A DNA stretch of 64,000 bases from Escherichia coli (GCF_003018255.1 NZ_CP027440.1); one strand, 5' to 3'. Shown: positions 1-12,106, numbered from the stretch's first letter. Numbers and translations: made by a program. Notes: generated from the sequence alone by a model not told the origin.

Positions 1-945
1 CCAGATAATCGCCACACCAGTAGCAACAATTTTATCGCTTCCCCACAGCGTCAGTACCAGCGCGCTCAGGGCGAGCACAAACGGTGCGCCCGCTAAGGCC
101 AGTTTCACCGAACGTTTGAGAATAAACGACGAAAGCGATGTCCCGACAAAGCTGGCGATACCAAAACTCAGCAGCACCAGGGTTAAGCCATCAACACCGA
201 ATCCCGCCAGATTCATATACACTGGGCGAATATAAGTGAAAAAAGCAAACTGTCCGGCAAAGGACATAAAGATGGCGATCATCCCGGCCATCACTCCCGG
301 ACGTTGTAATAAGCGGAAAGTATTTTGTTTCTGATGCGAAGGTTCACCTGGCAGCGAAGGCAGTGATTTGATAATCCAGAAAATACACAGCACGCCCATC
401 GCCGCCGCCGCATTAAAGACATTGCGCCAACCGATAAGCTCGCCTAAAAAACTGCCCAACGGCGCAGCAATCACCAGCGCAATAGAAACCGCGCCGAAGA
501 TCACCGACAGCGCCTTCGGCACCGTACGCGGCGGTACCAGACGCATGGTCAGCGACGCCGACATCGCCCAGAACCCGCCCAGCGCCAGCCCCAGACAGGC
601 GCGACCGATTAACAGCAGACTGAATGAGTTGGCAAAGGAAACCAGCAAACAGGAAAGCGTCAGCAAAACGGCGAACAGAATGACAACGTAGCGGCGGTCA
701 GTGGCCTGAATGGTCTGGGTAATAAACAAACTGGCAAACATCGCCACAAAGGCGGTCACGGTCACCGATTGGCCGGCAACCCCTTCCGAAATGCCTAAAT
801 CCTGGGCCATTGGCGTCAACAAACTGACAGGCAAAAACTCAACGATAATCAGACAGGCGACGCAAAACGCCACCGAGAAAACGGCTGACCAGTTCGGTCG
901 GGTGATGGCATTCGCGCCGCGGTTTTCAGCAATAAATTCACTCAT
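1..945 (-). CDS. nepI: Purine ribonucleoside efflux pump NepI (MFS transporter); partial, C-terminus cut by window edge, start codon at 943-945
   Basis: Reverse-strand translation from the ATG at 945 gives [43 protein letters not shown]..., an MFS-type membrane protein; position next to yicN/adeQ matches. Confidence 0.8.
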   Translation of the reverse strand, partial: MSEFIAENRGANAITRPNWSAVFSVAFCVACLIIVEFLPVSLLTPMAQDLGISEGVAGQSVTVTAFVAMFASLFITQTIQATDRRYVVILFAVLLTLSCLLVSFANSFSLLLIGRACLGLALGGFWAMSASLTMRLVPPRTVPKALSVIFGAVSIALVIAAPLGSFLGELIGWRNVFNAAAAMGVLCIFWIIKSLPSLPGEPSHQKQNTFRLLQRPGVMAGMIAIFMSFAGQFAFFTYIRPVYMNLAGFGVDGLTLVLLSFGIASFVGTSLSSFILKRSVKLALAGAPFVLALSALVLTLWGSDKIVATGVAIIW

Positions 946-1155
946 GGTGTTACCCGTGGCATGTTTCAGGGGAAAAGCCGACCAGTCTAACATTGAAATG
1001 TGTGATGCATTTAACGTTTTTGCAACTTTTACGATGTTGCTTGAGCTGGAGTTAAGATCGAAACGGAACAGGGCAAAGATTACCGGATGCGGCATGAACG
1101 CCTTATCCACCCTACAGGTCAGGCGCGGTCTGTAGGCTGATAAGACGAAGCGGTT

Positions 1156-1608
1156 TTAATGCAGCCAGTGAACGCCCTCGGCAGGCTGAAAGAACGCGTT
1201 ATAGCGCATCTGAAAAGCATTAATATCCTGCATTTCAGGTTCGGTTTCGCGCAGAAAACCCAGCGCCAGCCTGACCTGAGCATCGGTAATGGGAGCGGCA
1301 AGGCGGGCTTTTTGTAAAATCCGATGCCATTGCAGCAAGTTCTGTTCGCTACCATCGACAATGACAATTTGCCAGATGAGCAACACCTGCGCGGCGTTTT
1401 GCAGGTGCGACTCATCCGGACGATGCAAATAACGTAAAAATTCGTCACCGGCTGACTTTCCCATTTGATCGACCATCGACTCCACGGGTACGACATCGAT
1501 ATTCAGCCGATCGCTGAGACGGCGAATCGCTTTTCTGGCCCCGGATGTCAGCACCCGAAAACCAACCACAAACACTACCGCCAGCGTGGCGAGCATTATC
1601 CAGATCAT
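1156..1608 (-). CDS. yicN: DUF1198 family protein YicN (about 150 aa)
   Basis: ORF 1156..1635; chosen start is the internal ATG at 1606-1608 (MIWIMLATL...), preceded by an AGGAG Shine-Dalgarno. Confidence 0.7.
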   Translation of the reverse strand: MIWIMLATLAVVFVVGFRVLTSGARKAIRRLSDRLNIDVVPVESMVDQMGKSAGDEFLRYLHRPDESHLQNAAQVLLIWQIVIVDGSEQNLLQWHRILQKARLAAPITDAQVRLALGFLRETEPEMQDINAFQMRYNAFFQPAEGVHWLH

Positions 1609-1660
1609 GAGTTCTCCTGCGTAATCAGAACTCATGATATCTGGAAAACCTCGCCAGTTA

Positions 1661-2995
1661 CTAATCCACCAGAATAATCTTCAGTGCAAACAGAGCTGCG
1701 ACCACCACCACACACAGGTTCAGATCGCGCCAGCGCCCGGTGCACACTTTCATGATGCAGTACGACATAAAGCCGAGTGCAATCCCTTCGGTGATCGAGA
1801 AAGTAAAGGGCATCATCACCGTGGTAATAAACGCAGGTACCGATTCGGTAAAATCATCCCAGTTAACGCGCGCCAGACTTGAGGTCATCAACACGCCAAC
1901 AAAGATTAACGCTCCGGCGGTTGCGTAAGGAGGAACCATCGCCACCAGCGGTGAGAAGAACATAACCAACAGGAACATAACGCCGACCACAACCGCAGTC
2001 AGCCCCGTGCGACCACCGACTGCCACACCAGAAGTACTTTCAATATAGGCGGTAACAGACGAGGTGCCGATAAACGCACCCGCCACCGAACTGACGCTAT
2101 CAACATACAGCGCCTTATTCATATTAGGGAATTTACCGTTACTATCTATTAAGCCAGCTTTATCAGTTACACCAATTAATGTTCCTGATGAATCAAATAG
2201 GTTGATCAGCATAAAGGAGAAAATGATACCGGCGAGTTCAAGTGATAACGCGCCGCTCAAATCCACTTCACCAATGACGCTGCTAATATCAGGCGGAATG
2301 GAATAGACGCCGCTAAAATGAACATCACCGAAAAATAATCCACAGCAAGACGTCACCACAATAGAAACAAGCACCGCGGCATGAAAATGACGTGATGACA
2401 ACACAGTTATAATAAAAAACCCTAAAATACCTAACAACACGCCGTGAGAACTTAAATCGCCAATCATCACCAGGGTGTCTTTATTGGCGACAATAACGCC
2501 AGTATTTTTTAATCCCATTAAGGCGATAAATAATCCGATTCCGCTGGTGATACCAATACGTAAACTTAATGGAATGTTGGAGATCATCCAGTACCGGATA
2601 CGAAACAGCGTGAGCAAAAATAGCCCAACTGCGCCCCAGAATATCGCGCCCATCCCGGTCTGCCAGGAGATACCCATCGCCCCCACGACCACGAAGGCAA
2701 AGAAGGCGTTCAGGCCCATTGCCGGAGCCAGTGCCACGGGTAAGTTAGCAAATACCCCCATCGCAATACTGCCGATACCGGCAATCAAACAGGTGGTAAC
2801 AAACACCACTTTCGGGTCCATTTGTGCCGCACCGAGGATTTGCGGGTTCACAAAAACGATGTACACCATGGTTAAAAAAGTGGTCATCCCCGCAATCAAT
2901 TCTGTGCGGACGGTGGTCCCATGCTGAGGTAGTTTAAATAATCGCGAAAGCGTCCCTGATTCATTACTCACGTAATCGGTATTGTCATTATTCAT
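1661..2995 (-). CDS. adeQ: Adenine permease AdeQ (NCS2 family), 444 aa
   Basis: ORF 1661..3073; NCS2 transporter sequence; start assigned to the ATG at 2993-2995 (MNNDNTDYVSNESG...). Confidence 0.85.
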   Translation of the reverse strand: MNNDNTDYVSNESGTLSRLFKLPQHGTTVRTELIAGMTTFLTMVYIVFVNPQILGAAQMDPKVVFVTTCLIAGIGSIAMGVFANLPVALAPAMGLNAFFAFVVVGAMGISWQTGMGAIFWGAVGLFLLTLFRIRYWMISNIPLSLRIGITSGIGLFIALMGLKNTGVIVANKDTLVMIGDLSSHGVLLGILGFFIITVLSSRHFHAAVLVSIVVTSCCGLFFGDVHFSGVYSIPPDISSVIGEVDLSGALSLELAGIIFSFMLINLFDSSGTLIGVTDKAGLIDSNGKFPNMNKALYVDSVSSVAGAFIGTSSVTAYIESTSGVAVGGRTGLTAVVVGVMFLLVMFFSPLVAMVPPYATAGALIFVGVLMTSSLARVNWDDFTESVPAFITTVMMPFTFSITEGIALGFMSYCIMKVCTGRWRDLNLCVVVVAALFALKIILVD

Positions 2996-3169
2996 TTTTT
3001 TGTCCATTGGAGGAGATTTAATCCCTTGCTTTTGTAAAACAAATGACAACAACGGTTCAGTGATAATTATCACATTTCAATTGCACATTAATGGATATTC
3101 TTTAATAATCTCGCGACGTTTCTTTATGATAAATAATAATCAAATTGATAAAATCAAAATGAGAAAAAT

Positions 3170-4936
3170 ATGAATAATTCTATTAACCATAAATTTCATC
3201 ACATTAGCCGGGCTGAATACCAGGAATTGTTAGCCGTTTCCCGTGGAGACGCTGTTGCCGATTATATTATTGATAATGTCTCTATTCTCGACCTGATCAA
3301 TGGCGGAGAAATTTCCGGCCCAATTGTGATTAAAGGACGTTACATTGCCGGTGTTGGCGCAGAATACGCTGATGCTCCGGCTTTGCAGCGGATTGATGCC
3401 CGCGGCGCAACGGCGGTGCCAGGGTTTATTGATGCTCACCTGCATATTGAATCCAGCATGATGACGCCGGTCACCTTTGAAACTGCTACCCTGCCGCGCG
3501 GCCTGACGACCGTTATTTGCGACCCTCATGAAATCGTCAACGTGATGGGCGAAGCCGGTTTCGCCTGGTTTGCCCGCTGTGCCGAACAGGCAAGGCAAAA
3601 CCAATACTTGCAGGTCAGCTCTTGCGTACCCGCCCTGGAAGGCTGCGATGTTAACGGTGCCAGTTTTACCCTTGAACAGATGCTCGCCTGGCGGGACCAT
3701 CCGCAGGTTACCGGCCTTGCAGAAATGATGGACTACCCTGGCGTAATTAGCGGGCAGAATGCACTGCTCGATAAACTGGATGCATTTCGCCACCTGACGC
3801 TGGACGGTCACTGCCCGGGTTTGGGTGGTAAAGAACTTAACGCCTATATTGCTGCGGGTATTGAAAACTGCCACGAAAGTTATCAGCTGGAAGAAGGACG
3901 CCGGAAATTACAACTCGGCATGTCGTTGATGATCCGCGAAGGGTCCGCTGCCCGCAATCTCAACGCGCTGGCACCGTTGATCAACGAATTTAACAGCCCG
4001 CAATGCATGCTCTGTACCGATGACCGTAACCCGTGGGAAATCGCCCATGAAGGACACATCGATGCCTTAATTCGCCGCCTGATCGAACAACACAATGTAC
4101 CGCTGCATGTGGCATATCGCGTAGCCAGCTGGTCGACGGCACGCCACTTTGGTCTGAATCACCTCGGCTTACTGGCACCCGGCAAGCAGGCCGATATCGT
4201 CCTGTTGAGCGATGCGCGTAAGGTCACGGTGCAGCAGGTACTGGTGAAAGGCGAGCCGATCGATGCACAAACCTTACAGGCGGAAGAGTCGGCGAGACTG
4301 GCACAATCCGCCCCGCCATATGGCAATACCATTGATCGCCAGCCAGTTTCCGCCAGCGACTTTGCCCTGCAATTTACCCCCGGAAAACGCTATCGCGTTA
4401 TTGAGGTAATCCATAACGAACTGATCACGCACTCCCGCTCCAGCGTCTACAGCGAAAACGGTTTTGATCGCGATGATGTGTGCTTTATTGCCGTTCTTGA
4501 GCGTTACGGACAACGACTGGCTCCGGCCTGTGGTTTGCTCGGCGGCTTTGGCCTGAATGAAGGTGCGCTGGCTGCGACGGTCAGCCATGACAGCCATAAT
4601 ATTGTAGTGATCGGTCGTAGCGCAGAAGAGATGGCGCTGGCGGTCAATCAGGTGATTCAGGATGGCGGCGGGCTGTGCGTGGTCCGTAACGGCCAGGTAC
4701 AAAGTCATCTACCGTTGCCCATTGCCGGGCTAATGAGCACCGACACGGCGCAGTCACTGGCGGAGCAAATTGACACCTTGAAAGCCGCCGCCCGTGAATG
4801 CGGTCCGTTACCGGATGAGCCGTTTATTCAGATGGCGTTTCTTTCCCTGCCAGTGATCCCCGCGCTGAAACTAACCAGTCAGGGGCTGTTTGATGGTGAG
4901 AAGTTTGCCTTCACTACGCTGGAAGTCACGGAATAA
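3170..4936 (+). CDS. ade: Adenine deaminase, 588 aa
   Basis: ORF 3170..4936; metal-dependent amidohydrolase motif ([12 protein letters not shown]); divergent from adeQ across an AT-rich intergenic region. Confidence 0.9.
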   Translation: MNNSINHKFHHISRAEYQELLAVSRGDAVADYIIDNVSILDLINGGEISGPIVIKGRYIAGVGAEYADAPALQRIDARGATAVPGFIDAHLHIESSMMTPVTFETATLPRGLTTVICDPHEIVNVMGEAGFAWFARCAEQARQNQYLQVSSCVPALEGCDVNGASFTLEQMLAWRDHPQVTGLAEMMDYPGVISGQNALLDKLDAFRHLTLDGHCPGLGGKELNAYIAAGIENCHESYQLEEGRRKLQLGMSLMIREGSAARNLNALAPLINEFNSPQCMLCTDDRNPWEIAHEGHIDALIRRLIEQHNVPLHVAYRVASWSTARHFGLNHLGLLAPGKQADIVLLSDARKVTVQQVLVKGEPIDAQTLQAEESARLAQSAPPYGNTIDRQPVSASDFALQFTPGKRYRVIEVIHNELITHSRSSVYSENGFDRDDVCFIAVLERYGQRLAPACGLLGGFGLNEGALAATVSHDSHNIVVIGRSAEEMALAVNQVIQDGGGLCVVRNGQVQSHLPLPIAGLMSTDTAQSLAEQIDTLKAAARECGPLPDEPFIQMAFLSLPVIPALKLTSQGLFDGEKFAFTTLEVTE

Positions 4937-4964
4937 TAAAAAAAAGCCCGGCGTCATGCCGGGC
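4936..4964 (-). terminator. Rho-independent terminator hairpin after uhpT (GCCCGGC-GTCAT-GCCGGGC with a flanking A/T run)
   Basis: 7-bp GC stem at 4946-4952 / 4958-4964; A-run at 4936-4945 gives a U-run on the minus-strand transcript. Confidence 0.6.
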
Positions 4965-4982
4965 AAAAGTCACCAGTTAAGT

Positions 4983-6374
4983 TTATGCCACTGTCAACTG
5001 CTGAATTTTTTTCTCGCGGCGGATTTTGCGTTCTTCCATCACCGCCACTATCGCCATCAGGCAGATACAACCAATCGCGGCGATATCCAGCGCGGCGAAG
5101 GTGCCTGCCCAGCCGGTAAGGCCAAATACCGGCGTCCCATCGGCAATCATTCCCAGACCTAACTTGGCAAAGCTGTCACCAATCAGGTAAGCGAAGGTGC
5201 CTTTAATACCATCGGCAGCGCCAATCGCTTTTTTAGGTACAAAGCCAACAGCAGCCACACCAATCAACAATTGCGGGCCAAAGACCAGGAAACCCAACGC
5301 AAAGAGAGAAGCCAGGTAGATATATTCGTTGCTGGCGTGTTGATACACACCGAGCGTGGCGATAATCAGCGCCAGCGCGATACAGGCCACCAGGCCACGG
5401 CGACCGTTCGCCAGGTCAGAGAGCCAGCCCCACAGCAGCGTACCGACCAGCGCACCAGCTTCAAACAGCGTAAAGCCCTGAATCGCCACCGCTTTAGAGA
5501 GTTTCAGTTCCTGGAACGCATACACGGTTGACCACTGGTCGATACCAATACGCACCACATAGAGGAAAATGTTGGCGAAGCACAGCAGCCAGATCACTTT
5601 GTTTTTCAGCACATACTCAACAAAGATCTGCCACTTGGTCATATCGGTAGATTCTGTCTCTTTGTCCTCTTCGCTGATCTCCTCGCCGAACAGCTCTTCA
5701 GCTTTGCCGAGGCCATAAGATTCCGGGGAGTCGCTGCCGTAACGCAGGCCGATAAAACCGACAATCAGCGCGATAATCGACGGGAAAATAAACATGCCGA
5801 TGACATGACCATCGAACAGGTAATTTGCGCCGAACAGCGCCACACCTGCTGCGCCTGCACCACCAAGGTTGTGAGAAATGTTCCAGAAACCGAGGAATGT
5901 CCCGCGTTTACGACGCGGCGTCCATTTGGTGATGGTGGAGTAACTGCACGAACCGCCGGTACTCTGGAAAAAGCCGCTCAAGGCGTAGAAGGCAATCATC
6001 AGGAACAGGCTAACCGAGCCGCTGCCCATACTGGCACTGAAGCCCAGCATACAAATGGCGGACAGAATCAGCATGAACGGCAGGAATTGTTTGGTGTTTT
6101 TGCCGTCGGCGTAGTAAGAAACCAGCGTTTTACCCACGCCATAAGTGATGGAGAAGCCCAGGCCGATCATCCCCAGCTGCGTCATGCTCAACCCGTAGGT
6201 CGAGATCATGTCGTTCTGCGCGATGTTAAAGTTCTTGCGAATCAGGTACATCGTAAGGTAGCCGATAAAGACCACCAGGTAGGATTGCATGAACGGTTTG
6301 AACCACATTTTGCGCCGCACTTCGAGCGGAAGGTCCAGGGTCGGCTTGCGAACCTGGTTTAGGAAAGCCAGCAT
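4983..6374 (-). CDS. uhpT: Hexose-6-phosphate:phosphate antiporter UhpT, 463 aa
   Basis: ORF 4983..6374; MFS organophosphate antiporter sequence ([33 protein letters not shown]...). Confidence 0.95.
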
Positions 6375-6571
6375 GGGTTACTCCTGATTTCCCTTCATAC
6401 TTCAAGCCGCAGGTGCCTTAGCTGCACGCATTCCTCCCGGTCACATAGTTCACTATGCTCCCGGGACTCACGCGTTTGCTGCGTTCCTGCAACTTGAATT
6501 ATTTTGGGAAAGAATTAATGAATGATGGCATTGTAAAAATCAGCAGCAAATCAGGCCTGAGATAGCGTCCA

Positions 6572-6603
6572 GGCAAAACCTGGAAAATTTCTTAGTTTTG
6601 CCG
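6572..6603. promoter_or_regulatory. Perfect 8-bp inverted repeat GGCAAAAC-N16-GTTTTGCC upstream of uhpT; candidate UhpA-binding element
   Basis: Read directly from sequence in the uhpC-uhpT intergenic region; functional assignment is inference. Confidence 0.4.
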
Positions 6604-6629
6604 GATATGAAGTGAAAAGGTGAGATGCA

Positions 6630-7949
6630 TCACGCTTCGCGCGGTGTCTGGGCGTTCAAAAAGGGCAGTAACAGCAGTGCGGAAACCCCGGCGGCAATGG
6701 CGATAACCACAAAAAATCCGCTCCAGTGCCAGGTATCGAGCACTTTCGCCAGCGGCCAACCAGCAAGCGACGCCCCCAGATAAGCAAACAAGCCGACAAA
6801 CCCCGTCGCCGCCCCTGCCGCCTCTTTGTGGGAACATTCTGCCGCCGCCATGCCGATTAACATCTGCGGGCCAAAGACAAAAAAACCAATGGTGAAGAAG
6901 CAGGTTGCCTGCATCACGTAGCTGGCAAATGGCATCAGCCACAGCGAGCCGACTGAAAGCAAAATTCCGGCGGCGAAAATCAAATTCATCGGCCCGCGGT
7001 TGCCGTTAAACAATTTGTCCGAGCCCCAACCCGCTACCAGCGCACCGATAAATCCACCCAGTTCAAACATCGTCACTGCCGTATTCGCCGTGACCAGATC
7101 GACGCCCAGCGTCTCGGACATATACAAATTGCCCCAGTCGTTGATTGCCGCCCGGACCACATAGACCAGCACATAGCAAAACGAAAGCAGCCAGATATAC
7201 GGATTCAGTAACACATATTTGGTGAGGATCTCTTTACGCGTCAGCCCTGCCCCTTCTTGTTGTTGAGCTATCTCCAGCGCGTCGTGCCGCCATTCACCAA
7301 CCGCCGGTAAACCTAACGCCTGCGGGCGATCGCGCAGCCGCCAGCAGAGAAAAATCCCCACGACTATCGCCATACAACCCGCAATCATCATCCCGGCACG
7401 CCAGCCGTAATGCAGCGCGCTCGCTGCCATCACAATGGGAATGAGTGCGCCGCCGACGTTATGCGCCGTGTTCCATAATGCCCACCAACCGCCGCGCTCG
7501 GTACGAGAATACCAGGCGGTTAACAGACGCGCACACACCGGTGAACCCCAGCCCTGGAAAAAGGCGTTCAACACCCAAAGCACGGCAAACGCCCATAGCG
7601 ACGTCGAGAAGCCAAACAGAATGTTGATAATGCCCGTGGCAATAAGCCCTATCCCCATAAAATAACGGGCATTTGAGCGATCGCTGACAATGCCGGAGAC
7701 AAACTTCGACACGCCGTAGGTAATGTAAAACAGGGTCGCTAACAGGCCAATATCGCTACGGCTGAGCACGCCGTTAGCAAGGATTTCTGGTACGGCGGCG
7801 TTAAAACTTTTACGCGTGAAGTAAAACAGCGCGTAACCCAGCCAGATGGTCAGCAGAATATGCCGACGCCAGTAGCGATAGCGGGCATCAATTTCATGTT
7901 TATCAGTCAGTAATGGCGCATCGGCAGGCGCTTTCAGAAACGGCAACAT
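6630..7949 (-). CDS. uhpC: Glucose-6-phosphate sensor/MFS protein UhpC, 439 aa
   Basis: ORF 6630..7952 (MMLPFL...); second Met taken as start. Confidence 0.9.
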   Translation of the reverse strand: MLPFLKAPADAPLLTDKHEIDARYRYWRRHILLTIWLGYALFYFTRKSFNAAVPEILANGVLSRSDIGLLATLFYITYGVSKFVSGIVSDRSNARYFMGIGLIATGIINILFGFSTSLWAFAVLWVLNAFFQGWGSPVCARLLTAWYSRTERGGWWALWNTAHNVGGALIPIVMAASALHYGWRAGMMIAGCMAIVVGIFLCWRLRDRPQALGLPAVGEWRHDALEIAQQQEGAGLTRKEILTKYVLLNPYIWLLSFCYVLVYVVRAAINDWGNLYMSETLGVDLVTANTAVTMFELGGFIGALVAGWGSDKLFNGNRGPMNLIFAAGILLSVGSLWLMPFASYVMQATCFFTIGFFVFGPQMLIGMAAAECSHKEAAGAATGFVGLFAYLGASLAGWPLAKVLDTWHWSGFFVVIAIAAGVSALLLLPFLNAQTPREA

Positions 7950-7958
7950 CATCGAACC

Positions 7959-9464
7959 TTAGACATAACGTTGAGGTAGAGAAACGCTGACACGCGTGCC
8001 GTGCAGACAGGAAATGTGTAATGTGCCACCCAGCGCCGTTACGCGCTCGCGCATTCCGGTAAGGCCAAAACCGTGTTGCCCGGAATCTGGCGGTAAACCG
8101 CTGCCATCGTCTTCAATCACCAGCATTAACCGCTCATCATGCTGCCAGCCTTGCAGCGTGACCGCGCTGGCATCGGCATGTTTCACAATGTTGTTCAACC
8201 CTTCCTGGCAGACGCGAAATAGCGTCACGCGCTGGTTTTCGCTTAACGCTGATTCATCGATTCGCCATTCGAGATGACTGACAATGCCGCGCCCTTCCAG
8301 CTCCATTTCCCGCATCAGTGAGCGGATGGCCTGCTCCAGGGTGAGATCATCCAGCTGGCGCGGACGTAACCGCCCTAACAAGCGGCGCACCGCGTCGTAA
8401 ACGCCCAGCGATAGTTGTTCGATGAGCTGCCCGCTCTGTTTCACGCTGGCGTTATCCGCCGCGAGCCGCTGGACAATGCCCGCTTGAGTTCGAATAGCAG
8501 TAATGGTCTGACCGATATCATCGTGCAGCTCACGTGCCACATCACGGCGCACGCTCTCTTCGGTTTCCAGCAACCGTTCAGCGAGATGCTGATTGCGCGC
8601 CAGTTCCTTTTGCAGCGACTGGTTAAGTTCACGCAACCGCTGGATGCCTGCGCCCAGTAACAACCCTGTCAGACTTTGCACCAGCAGCGAGAGCAATAAA
8701 TCCACCGGATGATCGCGCCAGGTTTGACTGGCGATCAGCGCGATGGCGTTCATCAACGTCGCAATTAGCGCCCCTTGCCAGCCATAGTGCCAGGCCAGCG
8801 CGATAATCGGCAGCGCCAGGCAGAATGGCGTAAAGCGCGACAGTTCGTCCGGCAATCCCAACTGGAGCCAGAGACTGATAACAAACAGCAGCAAGTACCA
8901 GACCAGATGCCGCCCACGCCAGTTGATCGGTTGAGAAACTAACGACGGGCCGAGCGGCAGCCAGGTGTTATTGGCGAGATAGTGCCAGAACACCAGACAT
9001 ATCGGGGCCAGCGTCAGGCCGCCAGTTAAAGTCAGCAACAGCGCATTCCACGACTCTTTGCCGTGCCAAAGCCAGGGCAGCGACTGCAACAACGCCGCCG
9101 CCGTTAATGCCGCCCCTTGTAGCAGCAAGGTGCGCCAGTCACGTTGATGGCGATAGCGCGAGATCAGCGCCACGGGCAGTAACGTCAGTAAACTACCGAT
9201 CATCAATAAGAAGAAATGGGTTAAACCGACCGCCTGCGTTAACCAGTAAATCAGCAGCCACTCCGCGCCCAGCAACACCGGCCAGTATCCGCGCGGGCAT
9301 TGCAGCATTAGCCCCAGACGCAGACCAAACGGAAATAACAGCACCGCCATATCAGGGCGCTCAACCAGGTGCAGGCTGATACTCCACAGGCAAAACCATG
9401 CGGCAGAGAAGATAAAAAAGCAGGCAATAACGGTAATTAAGCGGGAGAACAACGTCTTCATCAC
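7959..9464 (-). CDS. uhpB: Sensor histidine kinase UhpB
   Basis: ORF 7959..9464; N-terminal membrane domain plus HisKA_3/HATPase C-terminus; start overlaps uhpA stop by 4 nt (ATGA). Confidence 0.9.
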
Positions 9465-10051
9465 CAGCCATCAAACATACGGCGCGCCAGTTCAACGTCG
9501 TTACTGACGCCCAGTTTTTCCATCAGATTGGCGCGATGGACGTGTACCGTTTTCGGTGACAAGCCCAGTTCGGCGGCAATCTCTTTCACCGCCATTCCTT
9601 GCGCCAGTTTTTCTGCCACCTGGCGTTCGCGTTTGGTTAGCGGGTCCTGGCGACCGGATGCCAGTTTAATGGCAATATCCGGCGTCAGATAACAGCCGCC
9701 AGTGGCAACCGTATGCACCGCAGCAATGAGTTCATCCGGGCTACAGCGTTTGGAGAGAAAGCCGCGCGCCCCGGCGTTAAGCGCCTGCTCAACCAGCGCC
9801 GGACTGTCGTGAACGGAGAGCATAATTGTCGCCATGCCTTTCGGCAGCTGGCTTAGAAGCTCCAGACCGGAGATATCAGGCATGGAGATATCGCAAATAC
9901 ACACCTGCACACCGCGCCCCGGCAGCCCCGCCAGCGCCTCGCGCCCCGAACCAAACTCGGCAACTACCTGCAAATCAGGTTCCAGCCCCAGCAGCTGCGC
10001 AAAGCCGGAGCGGACGATAAGGTGATCGTCTATAAGGGCAACGGTGATCAT
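9461..10051 (-). CDS. uhpA: Response regulator UhpA (NarL/FixJ family), 196 aa
   Basis: ORF 9461..10051; receiver domain plus LuxR-type HTH. Confidence 0.95.
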
Positions 10052-10123
10052 GATCTTGTCCTGGAGGGTAATAAAACGCGCTTACCTTAACGATAAGCGC
10101 GATGTTGTTCAAGCCTTGAGCGG

Positions 10124-10414
10124 TTACTGAAAAAACACCGCAATCTTGTTAAACATGGTCGGATCGGACTGATTACGCTGCACTTTCACCACATCTTCCA
10201 GCTTGTCGATTTGGCTTATCATCTGCTCCAGACGCTGGTCGTCATTGACCAGTAGCCAGATGTGGCTTTTGTCGCTGTCCTGAATCGGCAGGCAGAGAAT
10301 ACCTTCAACGTTAAAAGCGCGACGGGCAAAAAGGCCACAAACGTGGGTCATTACGCCCGGATGGTTGCGAACGGTGAGTTCGAGAATCACGTTGTCATGA
10401 GTTGTGTTTTGCAT
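10124..10414 (-). CDS. ilvN: Acetolactate synthase I small (regulatory) subunit, 96 aa
   Basis: ORF 10124..10414 ([40 protein letters not shown]...). Confidence 0.95.
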
Positions 10415-10417
10415 GGC

Positions 10418-12106
10418 TTATTCCCCCACCATTTCAGTATTCGCCGCACCTGGCGGCACCATCGGGTACACTTTTTCTTCGGCATCAATGCGCACGTGGA
10501 TCAGCGCCGGGCCAGGGCGATTGATGATTTCCTGCAATGCAGCCTGCGGATCGGCTTCGTTATTCAAATCACAGGTTTCGAGGCCGAATCCTGCGGCAAT
10601 CTGCATAAAGTTGATTTTGCCCGGATAGGTAGCGGCAAAAACGCCCTGCTTGTAGAACAGACTCTGTTGCTGATGCACCAGCCCCAGCGCTTCGTTGTTC
10701 ATCAAAATGATTTTAACATCCAGCTGATTTTCACTGGCGGTCGCCATCTCCTGAATATTCATCATCAGGCTGCCGTCGCCGGAGAAGCACAACACTTTGC
10801 GGTCCGGGTTCGCCAGCGCCGCGCCAATCGCCGCAGGCAGGCCAAAGCCCATCGTGCCCAGCCCGCCGGAGGTCAGCCACTGGCGTGGGCGATTGAGCGG
10901 ATAGGCTTGCGCCGTCCACATCTGATGCTGACCCACGTCAGTGGTAATAATCGCGTTGTCATCCACGCAGGCGGCAACGGCATTAATCAGGCCGTAATGG
11001 CTTAATGGATCGCACGCTTTCGGGATTGGACACGGGAATTCACGCTGCAAATCCGCCACCAACTGGTGCCACTCTGCACGCGGTTGCGCTTCCACCAGCG
11101 GGATCAACTGCGCCAGCACGTCATCAACATCCGCCTGAATTGCCACATGCGGTTGCTTGATTTTGCCCAGCTCTGCGCGGTCGATATCGACATGAATAAT
11201 TTTGGCATTCGGACAGAACTGCTCGGTTTTGCCAATCGCCCGGTCATCAAAACGCGCACCGAGTACAATCAGCAGATCCGCCTCCTGCAAAATATAGTTG
11301 GTGCTGCGCACACCGTGCATCCCCAGCATACCCAGCGACAGCGGATGTGCTTTTGGCAACATACCCAGTGCCATTAAAGTCATGGTGGTAGGCAGTTGCG
11401 CTTTCTCCGCCAGTTCACGCACTCGCGCAGGCGCGTTGATCACACCACCACCCAGATAAAGCACCGGGCGTTTGGCGGCGTTAATCATCGCCGCCGCGTC
11501 ACGAATACTTTCTTCGCTAAAGGCGGGTGCGGCGGCTTTTTCTGCCATAGCGGGCTGTGTTTCAATCTCAAAAACTGCCGTTTGCACATCCTTAGGAATG
11601 TCTATCCACACCGGGCCAGGGCGGCCTGATTGCGCAATACGGAAGGCATCGCTCATGACCTGCGGGAGTTCTTCGATATGTCTGACCAGATAGTTGTGTT
11701 TGGTGATGGGGATAGAGATGCCGTAGGTGTCGACTTCCTGGAAGGCGTCGGTGCCGATCATCGAGGCGGGAACCTGACCAGTAATGCAAATCAGCGGGAT
11801 GGAGTCCAGCCGTGCATCGGCAATGGCGGTCACCAGGTTAGTCGCCCCCGGTCCGCTACAGGCCATACAGACCGCCGGTTTACCGTCGGTGCGCGCCATT
11901 CCCTGAGCGATAAACCCCGCGCCCTGTTCATGGCGAGCCAGAATATGGCGGATTTGCGTGCTTTGGCTTAAGGCATCGTAAACAGGCAGGATAGAACCGC
12001 CCGGAATGCCCGTCACAATCTTAATGCCCTGCTGTTCCAGGAAATGAACGATAAATTCTGCGCCGGTAAAGCGCTTACGCGTCGATGTTGTGCCCGAACT
12101 TGCCAT
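10418..12106 (-). CDS. ilvB: Acetolactate synthase I large subunit, 562 aa
   Basis: ORF 10418..12106; thiamine diphosphate enzyme sequence. Confidence 0.95.
   Translation of the reverse strand: MASSGTTSTRKRFTGAEFIVHFLEQQGIKIVTGIPGGSILPVYDALSQSTQIRHILARHEQGAGFIAQGMARTDGKPAVCMACSGPGATNLVTAIADARLDSIPLICITGQVPASMIGTDAFQEVDTYGISIPITKHNYLVRHIEELPQVMSDAFRIAQSGRPGPVWIDIPKDVQTAVFEIETQPAMAEKAAAPAFSEESIRDAAAMINAAKRPVLYLGGGVINAPARVRELAEKAQLPTTMTLMALGMLPKAHPLSLGMLGMHGVRSTNYILQEADLLIVLGARFDDRAIGKTEQFCPNAKIIHVDIDRAELGKIKQPHVAIQADVDDVLAQLIPLVEAQPRAEWHQLVADLQREFPCPIPKACDPLSHYGLINAVAACVDDNAIITTDVGQHQMWTAQAYPLNRPRQWLTSGGLGTMGFGLPAAIGAALANPDRKVLCFSGDGSLMMNIQEMATASENQLDVKIILMNNEALGLVHQQQSLFYKQGVFAATYPGKINFMQIAAGFGLETCDLNNEADPQAALQEIINRPGPALIHVRIDAEEKVYPMVPPGAANTEMVGE

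Noticed and set aside
710-1135. 141-aa plus-strand ORF at the nepI 5' end
   Set aside because: Mostly antisense to nepI and its upstream region; no recognisable protein features.
10262-11005. 247-aa plus-strand ORF
   Set aside because: Antisense within ilvB; Arg/His-rich composition typical of spurious reverse-frame translation.
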